From Pseudomonadota bacterium (GTDB taxonomy: Bacteria; Bdellovibrionota_B; Oligoflexia; Oligoflexales; RGVZ01): DNA of 25,473 bases. The translations under genes were made by a program, and so were the position numbers. Shown here one piece after another: positions 1 through 7,669 of this stretch. Under the pieces are notes generated by a model. It had not been told where the DNA came from and did no database searches. It was given only the letters and a program-made list of their open reading frames with translations. The stretch spans positions 1 to 25,473 of the forward strand of contig JBEGVZ010000003.1 of the NCBI GenBank assembly GCA_041178085.1. Reading direction: 5' to 3'. Numbering within the stretch: the stretch's first letter is position 1; each line of letters opens with the position of its first letter.

Positions 1-526
1 GGAATCCGAGGGGGGAGTGAAAAGAGACCGTCGAATTCGAAAAATCAATGGTCTTGTCTTGAAGATTATTGATCCGGAAGGCCAACCCTCCGACGACATC
101 TGTTTCATGAATTTCGTAAGAGCCGTTCGGGATACGCAAGTGGTCGACAGTCTTGAGCGCCTCAAAGGCGGATCTCAGGTACGAGAAGCCAGATTCACCT
201 GGTTGCCTGCTGCGAAATTGAACTGCAACGTTCCAATAGCTTTTTGGTAGTAGAACGGTTGCGGACTGTTGCTGATCGTCATAGTCGCTCCAGAATGCCT
301 GAACCCTGTCCGTGCCGTTCACAAGGTTGGACAAAAACGGAGGTGCGATCTCGCGTGAACTCTTTTCTTTCAGAGGCGAAGCTGGTCCGGCTGCTCTGGT
401 CTGATCGTGCGCTTCCGTCGCACTTGCGTTCGTTCCCTCGATTTCCTTGGCACAGGAGCACAGGAGCGCAGGCCCGGCAAGAAAGCAGAATGCCTTGAGG
501 GTCCGCGGATTCCAAATCGCTGGCAT
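1..526 (-). CDS. Predicted lipoprotein, possible right-handed parallel beta-helix (pectin lyase-like) protein; partial, 3' end outside the window
   Basis: Not in the ORF track. Manual translation from minus-strand ATG at 526 (GGGAG SD upstream) is open to the window edge: MPAIWNPRTLKAFCFLAGPALLCSC (lipobox-like LCSC) ... LRIPNGSYEI...INNLQDKTIDFSNSTVSFH. The latter resembles the N-terminal 'xxPxGxY...xxIDxxxSxxxFH' part of beta-helix glycosidases/lyases. Confidence 0.7.
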   Translation of the reverse strand, partial: MPAIWNPRTLKAFCFLAGPALLCSCAKEIEGTNASATEAHDQTRAAGPASPLKEKSSREIAPPFLSNLVNGTDRVQAFWSDYDDQQQSATVLLPKSYWNVAVQFRSRQPGESGFSYLRSAFEALKTVDHLRIPNGSYEIHETDVVGGLAFRINNLQDKTIDFSNSTVSFHSPLGF

Positions 527-553
527 GAAAGCTCCCAGTTTTTTACACTTTCG

Positions 554-580
554 CTATCGGCAAAAGACAGAAGAAATTGA
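554..580 (-). promoter_or_regulatory. Sigma-28 (FliA)-like promoter for the minus-strand lipoprotein gene
   Basis: Minus strand reads TCAA-N15-GCCGATAG (consensus TAAA-N15-GCCGATAA), ending 27 nt before the ATG at 526. Confidence 0.65.
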
Positions 581-738
581 TCCTGTTGTCCCGCCGGAAA
601 AAAAGTAATGGATCCGGGTAGGTGAGAGGCCTCTTTCCTGATTTGATCCCGTTTTTCCGGTCATCGGATGAGTTTCCGGGGTATGCGTTCGGGCGGCAGG
701 CTACATTACTGGAACCATTGGTGTTTTTGATTGTCTGG

Positions 739-765
739 TCAAGCTTTTCCCGGGCTCTCCGAACA
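739..765 (+). promoter_or_regulatory. Sigma-28-like promoter upstream of the cyclase gene
   Basis: TCAA(G)-N15-TCCGAACA, about 70 nt upstream of ATG 834. The -10 match is partial (CCGA core). Confidence 0.4.
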
Positions 766-833
766 CCTTTTCGTTTGTGCAAAACGGTGTACTCAGAGTC
801 GGCTGTGATCCGTACCTGATCGGGAAGGATGTC

Positions 834-2156
834 ATGAACCTTGCCTCCCTTTTGATTGAACCAAAGTTTTCAAACGCATTTGAGAAAAGTTTTGCGATGA
901 GTGCGATTTCCATGCGGGAGCGCAGTCTCGCGCTTCTCTATTTCCGGATCAGTCTGTTGATCGCTTTGCCGCCTGCATTTCTCTGGTTCACTGGATTTGC
1001 AGGGGCTGCGGAATCAATCGCCATTTTGTCGTGGCTGTCGATCCATACGATAATCGCTGCTCTGATGGTTCTGAGGCACCAGAAAACCGATACCCTGCGG
1101 TACACAGCCCTTGCAACCATGTACGCAGCTCAGATTGCCTGGTTTGTTGCGGCAAGAATTGATCTTGCGGATGGTTCTGGAAGCCGTGCTTTTGCATTGG
1201 TTTGGATTTCTTACGTTTTCATCTCCAACTTGCTGCTTCCTTTTCGTGCGTTGGTTCACATGGTCATGTTTGTGTTCGTGATGGCCACGAGCTCTTTTGT
1301 GCTTTGGTCCTATCCCGACAACCCATATGGGATCGGGGCCACGTTCATTGCCCTGACTATTGCACAGAATGTGCAGATTTTTGCTCACCGCGCGTTCAAA
1401 TTGGGGATGATCAAGCAGTTCAAGGAGCAATCACGCTATATTCCACAGCAGGTTCTGTTGCAGGCGGCCCGGGAAAACAAAAGTATTGAAGCAGTATTTG
1501 GGCCGCGGATTCGCTTTTGTGTGTGCATCTGCTCTGACTGGCGCAACTTCCAGGAAGTGGCAAAAGAAATCGATCCGCAGCAACTAGGGGGGAAGCTATC
1601 CTCCTACTACGATCGCATCGTTGACAGGCTGCAGAAGGATCTTCCGGACGGCAACTATTTCATGGATTGGATCGCAGATGAGCTGTTTGTGGTTCTGTTT
1701 TCTAATGGCGAAGAGCACGATCCGGAACTGGTTGATGCAGGGTTCGATTTTGCGTCGTGGCTGCTGAACCATCGCAGGCGGTTCTCGCGTGCGTGCGGAT
1801 ATCCCAAAGGCATCGATGTTGGTATATCTGCCGGACTTGCTTCGGTTGGTATTTTCGGTCCGTTCGGCAGTGGCAAGGCCACTGCGTTTGGATCTGTGCC
1901 GGGTACGGCCCGCAGATTGCAAAGTCTGGCCAAACAGTTCCGCAGTGACTACGGGGACCAGGATCGACTGGTCTTGTCAGAACAGGGGGCAGCTCTGATT
2001 GATGCCGACCGTGCGCAATTCTCCAAAGTTGCGCTGAAGGGGCCGTACGCAGTAAAAGATGTTTCCGATGCCCATGTTTACGTCTGGCCAAAGGTACAAT
2101 CGATTCAGTTGATTCAACGTGGCACGGACGATGTTGTGGTTGAATTGACCGCATAA
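834..2156 (+). CDS. Membrane-bound class III adenylate/guanylate cyclase-family protein with atypical catalytic residues
   Basis: About 6 hydrophobic helices, then a cyclase domain: CICSDWRNF (first metal Asp), MDWIADELF (second Asp), GIDVGISAGLASVGIFG, ATAFGSVPGTARRLQ. Start moved to ATG 834 because of the GGAAGG SD; the ORF track starts at 777. Confidence 0.8.
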   Translation: MNLASLLIEPKFSNAFEKSFAMSAISMRERSLALLYFRISLLIALPPAFLWFTGFAGAAESIAILSWLSIHTIIAALMVLRHQKTDTLRYTALATMYAAQIAWFVAARIDLADGSGSRAFALVWISYVFISNLLLPFRALVHMVMFVFVMATSSFVLWSYPDNPYGIGATFIALTIAQNVQIFAHRAFKLGMIKQFKEQSRYIPQQVLLQAARENKSIEAVFGPRIRFCVCICSDWRNFQEVAKEIDPQQLGGKLSSYYDRIVDRLQKDLPDGNYFMDWIADELFVVLFSNGEEHDPELVDAGFDFASWLLNHRRRFSRACGYPKGIDVGISAGLASVGIFGPFGSGKATAFGSVPGTARRLQSLAKQFRSDYGDQDRLVLSEQGAALIDADRAQFSKVALKGPYAVKDVSDAHVYVWPKVQSIQLIQRGTDDVVVELTA

Positions 2157-2167
2157 CAGGTTTCAGC

Positions 2168-2905
2168 ATGTCAGCTATTATTTATCCCAATCCGCATGCG
2201 GCAGACTGTCCCTGGCATGGGCTTGCCGCATGGTTTGGTGCGCCGAATATAAAATGGTGTGAACAGACCGTTTGTGCCTGGATCAGCGAGCCGGCGAATG
2301 CGTGGTCAAATGTTGGGTATTTCCTTGCCGGAGCTTTCATCATTCATCAAGCGCGCTCGTGCGCAAAGTTGGCAGAGAAGCACTTGCGTGCATTAGGTCA
2401 TTCCGTCCTCTTCATGGGTTTGATGTCCTTTGTTTATCATGCGTCGAATGCCTTTCCTGGGCAGTGGCTGGATTTCATCGGCATGTTTCTGATGTTTGGC
2501 TCAATCATTGAACGAAATTTTGATTGTCTTAACATCGGGCACGCATCCCGCAGGCGGTTGTTGGTTTTATCATTGGTGGGCGTCTTTTCTTTGATCATTC
2601 CGTTCCTGTACTCGATTCGCTTTCAATACCAGATTCTGGTTGTGGTATTTGCATTGTTGGCATTCGCATTGGAATTCACCGTCTGGCGTCGTGTTCGTTC
2701 CCGTTCTTCCAGATTTCTTCTTGTCGCCGCTATCCTGTTTCTGGCGGCCTTTTTGGCATCAGTCCTGGATCATGGACGATGGTACTGCAACCCAGTCAGC
2801 CGCTGGTTGCATGGTCATGTGTTTTGGCATTTGTTGAGTGCCTGCGGCTTTGTTGCATTGGCAGCCCATTGGCGCCAAAGCGACCTCGAAAGCGCGCTTC
2901 AGTGA
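2168..2905 (+). CDS. Alkaline ceramidase-like membrane hydrolase (CREST superfamily)
   Basis: N-terminal WCE...ISEPANAWSN ceramidase signature, SFVYH (SxxxH), WLD, C-terminal HVFWH (HxxxH) zinc motif, about 7 TM helices. Confidence 0.8.
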   Translation: MSAIIYPNPHAADCPWHGLAAWFGAPNIKWCEQTVCAWISEPANAWSNVGYFLAGAFIIHQARSCAKLAEKHLRALGHSVLFMGLMSFVYHASNAFPGQWLDFIGMFLMFGSIIERNFDCLNIGHASRRRLLVLSLVGVFSLIIPFLYSIRFQYQILVVVFALLAFALEFTVWRRVRSRSSRFLLVAAILFLAAFLASVLDHGRWYCNPVSRWLHGHVFWHLLSACGFVALAAHWRQSDLESALQ

Positions 2906-3003
2906 GGGACGGCCCCTCGAAGCCTGACCATATGTGACAGGCTGCCATTTCGTGGACAGTCAACGGCATCAGGTGCTAGTAAAAGACCTTCGGGAAGGAC
3001 CTC

Positions 3004-4161
3004 ATGTCACGATTGCCAGAGCCTTTTTTTGAAACACCAGCCATCACCCCGGAACAGTTTCTGGCCGAGCTCCCGCGCTGGATTCTGTTGGATGTGCGCT
3101 CACCCGCCGAGTTTGGTGAAGGGCACCTGCCAGGAGCCTGGAATTGTCCTGTTCTTGAAGACCTTGAGAGGCATCAGGTTGGATTGAAGTACAAACAAGA
3201 GGGCCAACAGGCGGCAATTGACCTCGGTGTCGAATTGGTCTGGTCCGCGCGTGAGGGACGCGCTAACGAGTGGTTGCGTCGCGCGCTTTCCGGGGTAACT
3301 GGTGAGCGGCGCATCCTGGTTTCCTGCTGGCGCGGGGGCCTGAGGTCGCTCCTGGCCGCGTCATGGGTTGCTGAAGTTCTCAAAAACAACCCAGACAGGT
3401 ATGGCCAGGTCAGTGTTTCTCGCCTTGCTGGTGGCTACAAGGCTGTCCGTGGCAAGTTGCTGGAAGCGATTTCAGCACCCAGGGACATGGTCGTCCTCTC
3501 CGGCATGACTGGATCCGGAAAAACAGCCCTTCTTCACGATTTGATCGCACTGTCCGGGTTCGACTCCCGGCGGGTGATTGATTTGGAGCGTCTGGCCCGC
3601 CACCGTGGAAGTTCTTTTGGCCACGCGGTGTCGGAAGCCGGTGAGCGCATTGAACAACCATCCCAACAATTTTTCGAAAACCAGCTCGGCCTTCAAGTTT
3701 TGCAAGGCGCATCCGGGCCGCTTGTGGTGGAAGATGAAAGCACGTTGATCGGCAAGATCTCCATCCCGCTAGAATTTCGCAGGCAGATGCGGGCGGCGCC
3801 CGTGGTGGTTGTGGAGACCCCCATTGACCTGCGTGCGCGGGCGATCTTCCGGGAATATGTCAGCCAGCCTCTTGAGCAAGGCTGCGAAGTCGAGTCACTG
3901 TGGCAGGTGCTTGCGGAAAATATCTCGGCTCTTGAGCGACGCCTTGGGGGGCAGGACACACGCGAAGCGCTACTGGCTCTTGCCAGTGGCAAGGCGTGTC
4001 CGCGTGAATTTGCTGCGCAGGATCCATGGATCCGGACTCTGCTGGAGAAATATTACGACCGTGCCTATGCCCAGTCTGGCCGGCTTGCAGAACGGAATGT
4101 GATTTTTCGCGGTGACTTGGTAGCTTGTCGCAATTTCTTGAAGGATTACGGGGGTGAGTGA
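3004..4161 (+). CDS. mnmH: tRNA 2-selenouridine(34) synthase
   Basis: Rhodanese domain DVRSPAEF..GHLPGA, CWRGGLRS, GGYK; P-loop GMTGSGKT; DLERLARHRGSSFG; EDES; YYD. Adjacent to selD. Confidence 0.96.
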   Translation: MSRLPEPFFETPAITPEQFLAELPRWILLDVRSPAEFGEGHLPGAWNCPVLEDLERHQVGLKYKQEGQQAAIDLGVELVWSAREGRANEWLRRALSGVTGERRILVSCWRGGLRSLLAASWVAEVLKNNPDRYGQVSVSRLAGGYKAVRGKLLEAISAPRDMVVLSGMTGSGKTALLHDLIALSGFDSRRVIDLERLARHRGSSFGHAVSEAGERIEQPSQQFFENQLGLQVLQGASGPLVVEDESTLIGKISIPLEFRRQMRAAPVVVVETPIDLRARAIFREYVSQPLEQGCEVESLWQVLAENISALERRLGGQDTREALLALASGKACPREFAAQDPWIRTLLEKYYDRAYAQSGRLAERNVIFRGDLVACRNFLKDYGGE

Positions 4162-5255
4162 TGGCGGTCCAGGGTGACACTCAGCAGGAACCGGTGAAGT
4201 TAACCCAAACCGTTCAGAAGGGGGGGTGCGCGGCAAAACTGCCGGCCGGGGAGCTGCGTGCAGTGCTCGCAGGCCTTGAGCAAAAGCGACCACCCGAACT
4301 TTTGGTCGGCCATGACACCATGGATGACGCCTGCTTGTGGGACTTGAAGGATGGCAGGGTTTTGGTCCAGACGTTGGATTTCTTCACGCCGATCGTCGAC
4401 GACCCGTTCGACTTTGGGGCAATCGCCGCAGCCAACTCGATCAGCGATGTTTATGCCATGGGCGGCACTCCGGTCACGGCGATGACCATTCTTGCCTTCC
4501 CGGGTGCCCGTTTGCCACTGGATCTAATTCGTCCCCTGATGGACGGGGCTTTATCGGTCCTGAACCGCGCCGGCGTCGCGCTTGCTGGGGGGCATACGAT
4601 TGACGATGAAACCCTGAAGATGGGTTTTTCAGTATCGGGCTTTGTAAACAAGGATAAAACCTGGACCAACGCGGGAGCCAAGGCTGGAGATGTCCTCATC
4701 CTGACCAAGCCTCTCGGTACCGGGACTATCACCGCTGCCTTGAAGAAAGGGGAGGCGAAGCCCGACTGGGTGAAGGGGGCGATCGACAGCATGGTGCGGA
4801 TCAATGATCTGCCTAAAGTTTTGGCAGAGTTTGCTGTCCATGCCGCCACGGACATCACGGGCTTTGGTTTTGCCGGCCACGCGATGCAAATGGCTTGTGC
4901 CAGTGGCTGCAGTTTTTTGATCAATCCCGATTCTTTGCCTACACTTGAAGGTACAGCAGATTGTTTAAAGGCCGGGTTTTTGACCCGGGCGCATACGACC
5001 AACGGCAGTTATACCGGAAGTGGTGTTGGCTGGGAGCTGGATGGAGAAGCCGCCCAGCGCTGGCCGGATGTGATGCGCAAGCTCGTGGTGGATCCACAGA
5101 CGTCAGGTGGGCTGCTCCTGGCTATAGCACCGGACCATGCCGAAGCTGCGCTAAGTGCCATTCGCAGAGCTGGATTTGACCGTGCTGTTGTTGTTGGTGA
5201 AGTGGTGCCTGCGATGGGCATGACGCCCGGCAAGTATCTCGTTTTCCGCCGGTAG
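4161..5255 (+). CDS. selD: Selenide, water dikinase (selenophosphate synthetase), Cys-type
   Basis: GGCAAK, DDA, QTLDFFTPIVDDP, AANSISDVYAMGG, GGHT, LTKPLGTG, TDITGFG, DPQTSGGLL. TGATG coupling with the mnmH stop. Confidence 0.97.
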   Translation: MAVQGDTQQEPVKLTQTVQKGGCAAKLPAGELRAVLAGLEQKRPPELLVGHDTMDDACLWDLKDGRVLVQTLDFFTPIVDDPFDFGAIAAANSISDVYAMGGTPVTAMTILAFPGARLPLDLIRPLMDGALSVLNRAGVALAGGHTIDDETLKMGFSVSGFVNKDKTWTNAGAKAGDVLILTKPLGTGTITAALKKGEAKPDWVKGAIDSMVRINDLPKVLAEFAVHAATDITGFGFAGHAMQMACASGCSFLINPDSLPTLEGTADCLKAGFLTRAHTTNGSYTGSGVGWELDGEAAQRWPDVMRKLVVDPQTSGGLLLAIAPDHAEAALSAIRRAGFDRAVVVGEVVPAMGMTPGKYLVFRR

Positions 5256-5298
5256 GTTTTCAAAAAGCCTCCGGTTGTTTCTCTGGAGGCGTTGTGCG

Positions 5299-6063
5299 AT
5301 GGCAAGAGTTTGTCCTCTGGCAGAGCGTGGTCTGGGCCGCGGCGCGATGAAGGCGCAGTTCGGCCTTTCCCATACGCTTTGCTCCACCCAAAGTGCGGCT
5401 GGTTTTAACGGGCAGCCAGTTGCCGGGTGGCTCGTTGGCATGAATGGCCAGCACTGGGGCGAGGACTTTCGTCTGTGCGTCGGCTCTCTGGTGATTGGCT
5501 CTGGGTATCAGTCAAACCTTTGTGTCACATACCCGGGTGTTTCCGGTCGTCACGCTGAAATTATTGTCGACGTGGCCGGTTCCAGTATCAGGGACCTTGG
5601 CAGTCGGGACGGGACTTTCGTGAACGGTCATCAAGTCACGACGGCTCAGATCCTGGACGGAGACGAGATCGCCTTTGGCCCCGCCCGGTTTATCTTCAGG
5701 ACCGCAACAAAATTCGATCCCGGTTACAAGCCAGTTCTGCGGCCGCGGCCGGCGTCTCCTGTTTTCCGGAATGAAAACCGGAAGCGTCTTTGCGAGGGCT
5801 GGATTGTCGGTCAATACGGGCCCTATGCAGGGCAAGACTTTCGCTTGCTGACGGGTGACAATTTTTTTGGTGCGGCGCCAGGACTTGAGGTTTCCCTGGT
5901 CGATGCAAAACTTTCTCCGCGTGCCGGCCATCTGGCAATGGGCAACGGTGGTTGCGTTCTGGTGTTCGGTAGCGGTGCCAATCCCGTCCGCAGGGTTTTG
6001 CAGGATTCTGATGAAGTACAAATCGGCAGTCACAATTTTTATGTGAAGATTTTCCATGGTTGA
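5299..6063 (+). CDS. Cytoplasmic tandem FHA-domain protein (second FHA degenerate)
   Basis: Two repeats of GW(L/I)VG..G...G.DFRL followed by FHA-like sequence (VIGS...VSGRHA...RDLGSRDGTFVNG...DGDEIAFG). GGAGG SD 9 nt before ATG 5299. Confidence 0.8.
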   Translation: MARVCPLAERGLGRGAMKAQFGLSHTLCSTQSAAGFNGQPVAGWLVGMNGQHWGEDFRLCVGSLVIGSGYQSNLCVTYPGVSGRHAEIIVDVAGSSIRDLGSRDGTFVNGHQVTTAQILDGDEIAFGPARFIFRTATKFDPGYKPVLRPRPASPVFRNENRKRLCEGWIVGQYGPYAGQDFRLLTGDNFFGAAPGLEVSLVDAKLSPRAGHLAMGNGGCVLVFGSGANPVRRVLQDSDEVQIGSHNFYVKIFHG

Positions 6064-7666
6064 ACGGGCCCCTATCATTGCTTCCTGGGTTGCTGTCGTT
6101 GCCGTTGCGCTGGCGGGCCATCCTGCTTCTGCAGCCAGCAAACTTGTGCGCATCCGTGCCGTTGAGCCAACGGATGATTTCAAGTTGATTGTCTTCAGTC
6201 GTGTTCATGAGGAAGAAAATAAAATCCTGTTTCCGGTGACAACCCTTGATCGTGAGGCATTCACGCTCACGCTGGGTAAAAGTGATCCGGCAAGGCTCAA
6301 GCCGGATTCACTGTCCACGTTCAGCACCCTTGCCCAGCCGCGGGTCCGACGCCTGGTTGTCACGTTGCCTGTTGCGGCTAACGTACCCCGGGCAACTCTG
6401 GATGATATCCGCCAGACCCTTGCGGAAAATCTACCGCTGACGCGGAGCGAATTTTTTTCCGTGCTTTCGGTCACATCCAGCGGTGAACTGGAAGTGGCGG
6501 GCACTTCACCGGGTGAATCCGACAACGTCCGGGCGCTGCAGAAAAAGATCCTGGACGCCCCGCCTGCCGGGGAGAACACCGGAATTCATCAAGCGGTGTG
6601 CGCTGCTGCAAAAAAATTTGCATCGTGGGCGCCTTACGCTTCACGCCCCGGTGAACAACGGGCAGCCATCCTGATTGGGAATCCATCAGTCGAATCTAAG
6701 GATGGTTTGAAACGCCTTTCCGCCTGCCTCGATCAGCTCAAGGTCGCAGAGGTTGCCGTCTACTTGTTGCGTGCGGACTCGATCCCGCCGCTGCCAGTGG
6801 GTGCCGAGCAAGTGTTTCAAGACGGTGCACGGCTTGGTGGCGGGTTCGTCCAGCGCATCAGTTCACGGGTAGATCTTTATCCCGCGCTCAGCAACGTATT
6901 GGGAAACCTTAATGAGGAATACGTAGCTACTTTTGACCTTTTTTCACTGATTGGCACTTGGGAAGGTCGGAATGCGATCGCACAGGACGGGGTTTCTTAC
7001 CTGGATCTGGGGGTTTCATATCACGGTCAGGATGTTTCGTCTGGCATGTCTTCTGTGCCTCTCCCTGCGACCTGGCGTGACAACATTGAACGCATAAACA
7101 AGGCCGGCACATCGCGGGAAAAAGCGATCCGGTTGTTCACAGACCTCAATCCCCCCGAGAGGATCGTTGCAGGCGTTCTAGCTGTAATCCTGTTGGTTAC
7201 ACTGTTTTTTATTTTGCGTTACTGGTTCCTTTCGATCCGCCTGGCAATGCGCTCTGTTCGATGCCGCACCTGTGGCCTTCGGGTTAAAAGGAGTTTCAGT
7301 AACTGTCCATATCGTGACAACAGCTTCGCTGGCTGGTTGTCTATCCTCAACGGGCCGGACGTGGGGATGGTATTGCCTGTCATGGAAGGCCGGAATTTGC
7401 TTGGAACATCGGATGCTTGCAACATCCACGCAGGAAAGGGCTATCGAATCCGCAGGAAACATGCCGAACTCCTCCTCGACGGGGGAAAGGCGCAGTTGAA
7501 GTTGTTGCGCGGCGGAATCCTGCGGCACGGCGATCAGATCAACGGGTTTGAAATCAGAGAACCACGACTGCTGTGTCACGGTGACGTAGTCAAGCTCGGC
7601 AAGGCGTTCATGCGGTTTGAGCTTCGTGTTGCGGAACAATCCGCGACGGTTTCCCAGGAGGCTTGA
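6056..7666 (+). CDS. Signal peptide - VWA-like domain - TM - Cys-rich knuckle - FHA protein
   Basis: Signal peptide (VAVVAVALAGHPASA). VWA-type segments RRLVVTL, GENTGIHQAV, RAAILIG, VAVYLL, ARLGGGFV, LNEEYVATF. TM IVAGVLAVILLVTLFFIL, then CRTC...NCPY and a C-terminal FHA (GWLSILNG...RKHAEL...HGDVVKLG). Confidence 0.75.
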   Translation: MVERAPIIASWVAVVAVALAGHPASAASKLVRIRAVEPTDDFKLIVFSRVHEEENKILFPVTTLDREAFTLTLGKSDPARLKPDSLSTFSTLAQPRVRRLVVTLPVAANVPRATLDDIRQTLAENLPLTRSEFFSVLSVTSSGELEVAGTSPGESDNVRALQKKILDAPPAGENTGIHQAVCAAAKKFASWAPYASRPGEQRAAILIGNPSVESKDGLKRLSACLDQLKVAEVAVYLLRADSIPPLPVGAEQVFQDGARLGGGFVQRISSRVDLYPALSNVLGNLNEEYVATFDLFSLIGTWEGRNAIAQDGVSYLDLGVSYHGQDVSSGMSSVPLPATWRDNIERINKAGTSREKAIRLFTDLNPPERIVAGVLAVILLVTLFFILRYWFLSIRLAMRSVRCRTCGLRVKRSFSNCPYRDNSFAGWLSILNGPDVGMVLPVMEGRNLLGTSDACNIHAGKGYRIRRKHAELLLDGGKAQLKLLRGGILRHGDQINGFEIREPRLLCHGDVVKLGKAFMRFELRVAEQSATVSQEA

Positions 7667-7669
7667 GGA

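Noticed and set aside
17..819. Short ORFs of 65-84 aa at the window start
   Set aside because: They overlap the minus-strand lipoprotein CDS or the promoter region and have no SD or motif support.
834..2905. Cyclase plus membrane protein as a Pycsar anti-phage system
   Set aside because: The cyclase is multi-TM anchored, the partner has no cyclic-nucleotide-binding domain, and there is no defence-island context.
2904..2918. GAGGG...CCCTC hairpin after the ceramidase gene as a terminator
   Set aside because: Short stem with no U-tract; insufficient support.
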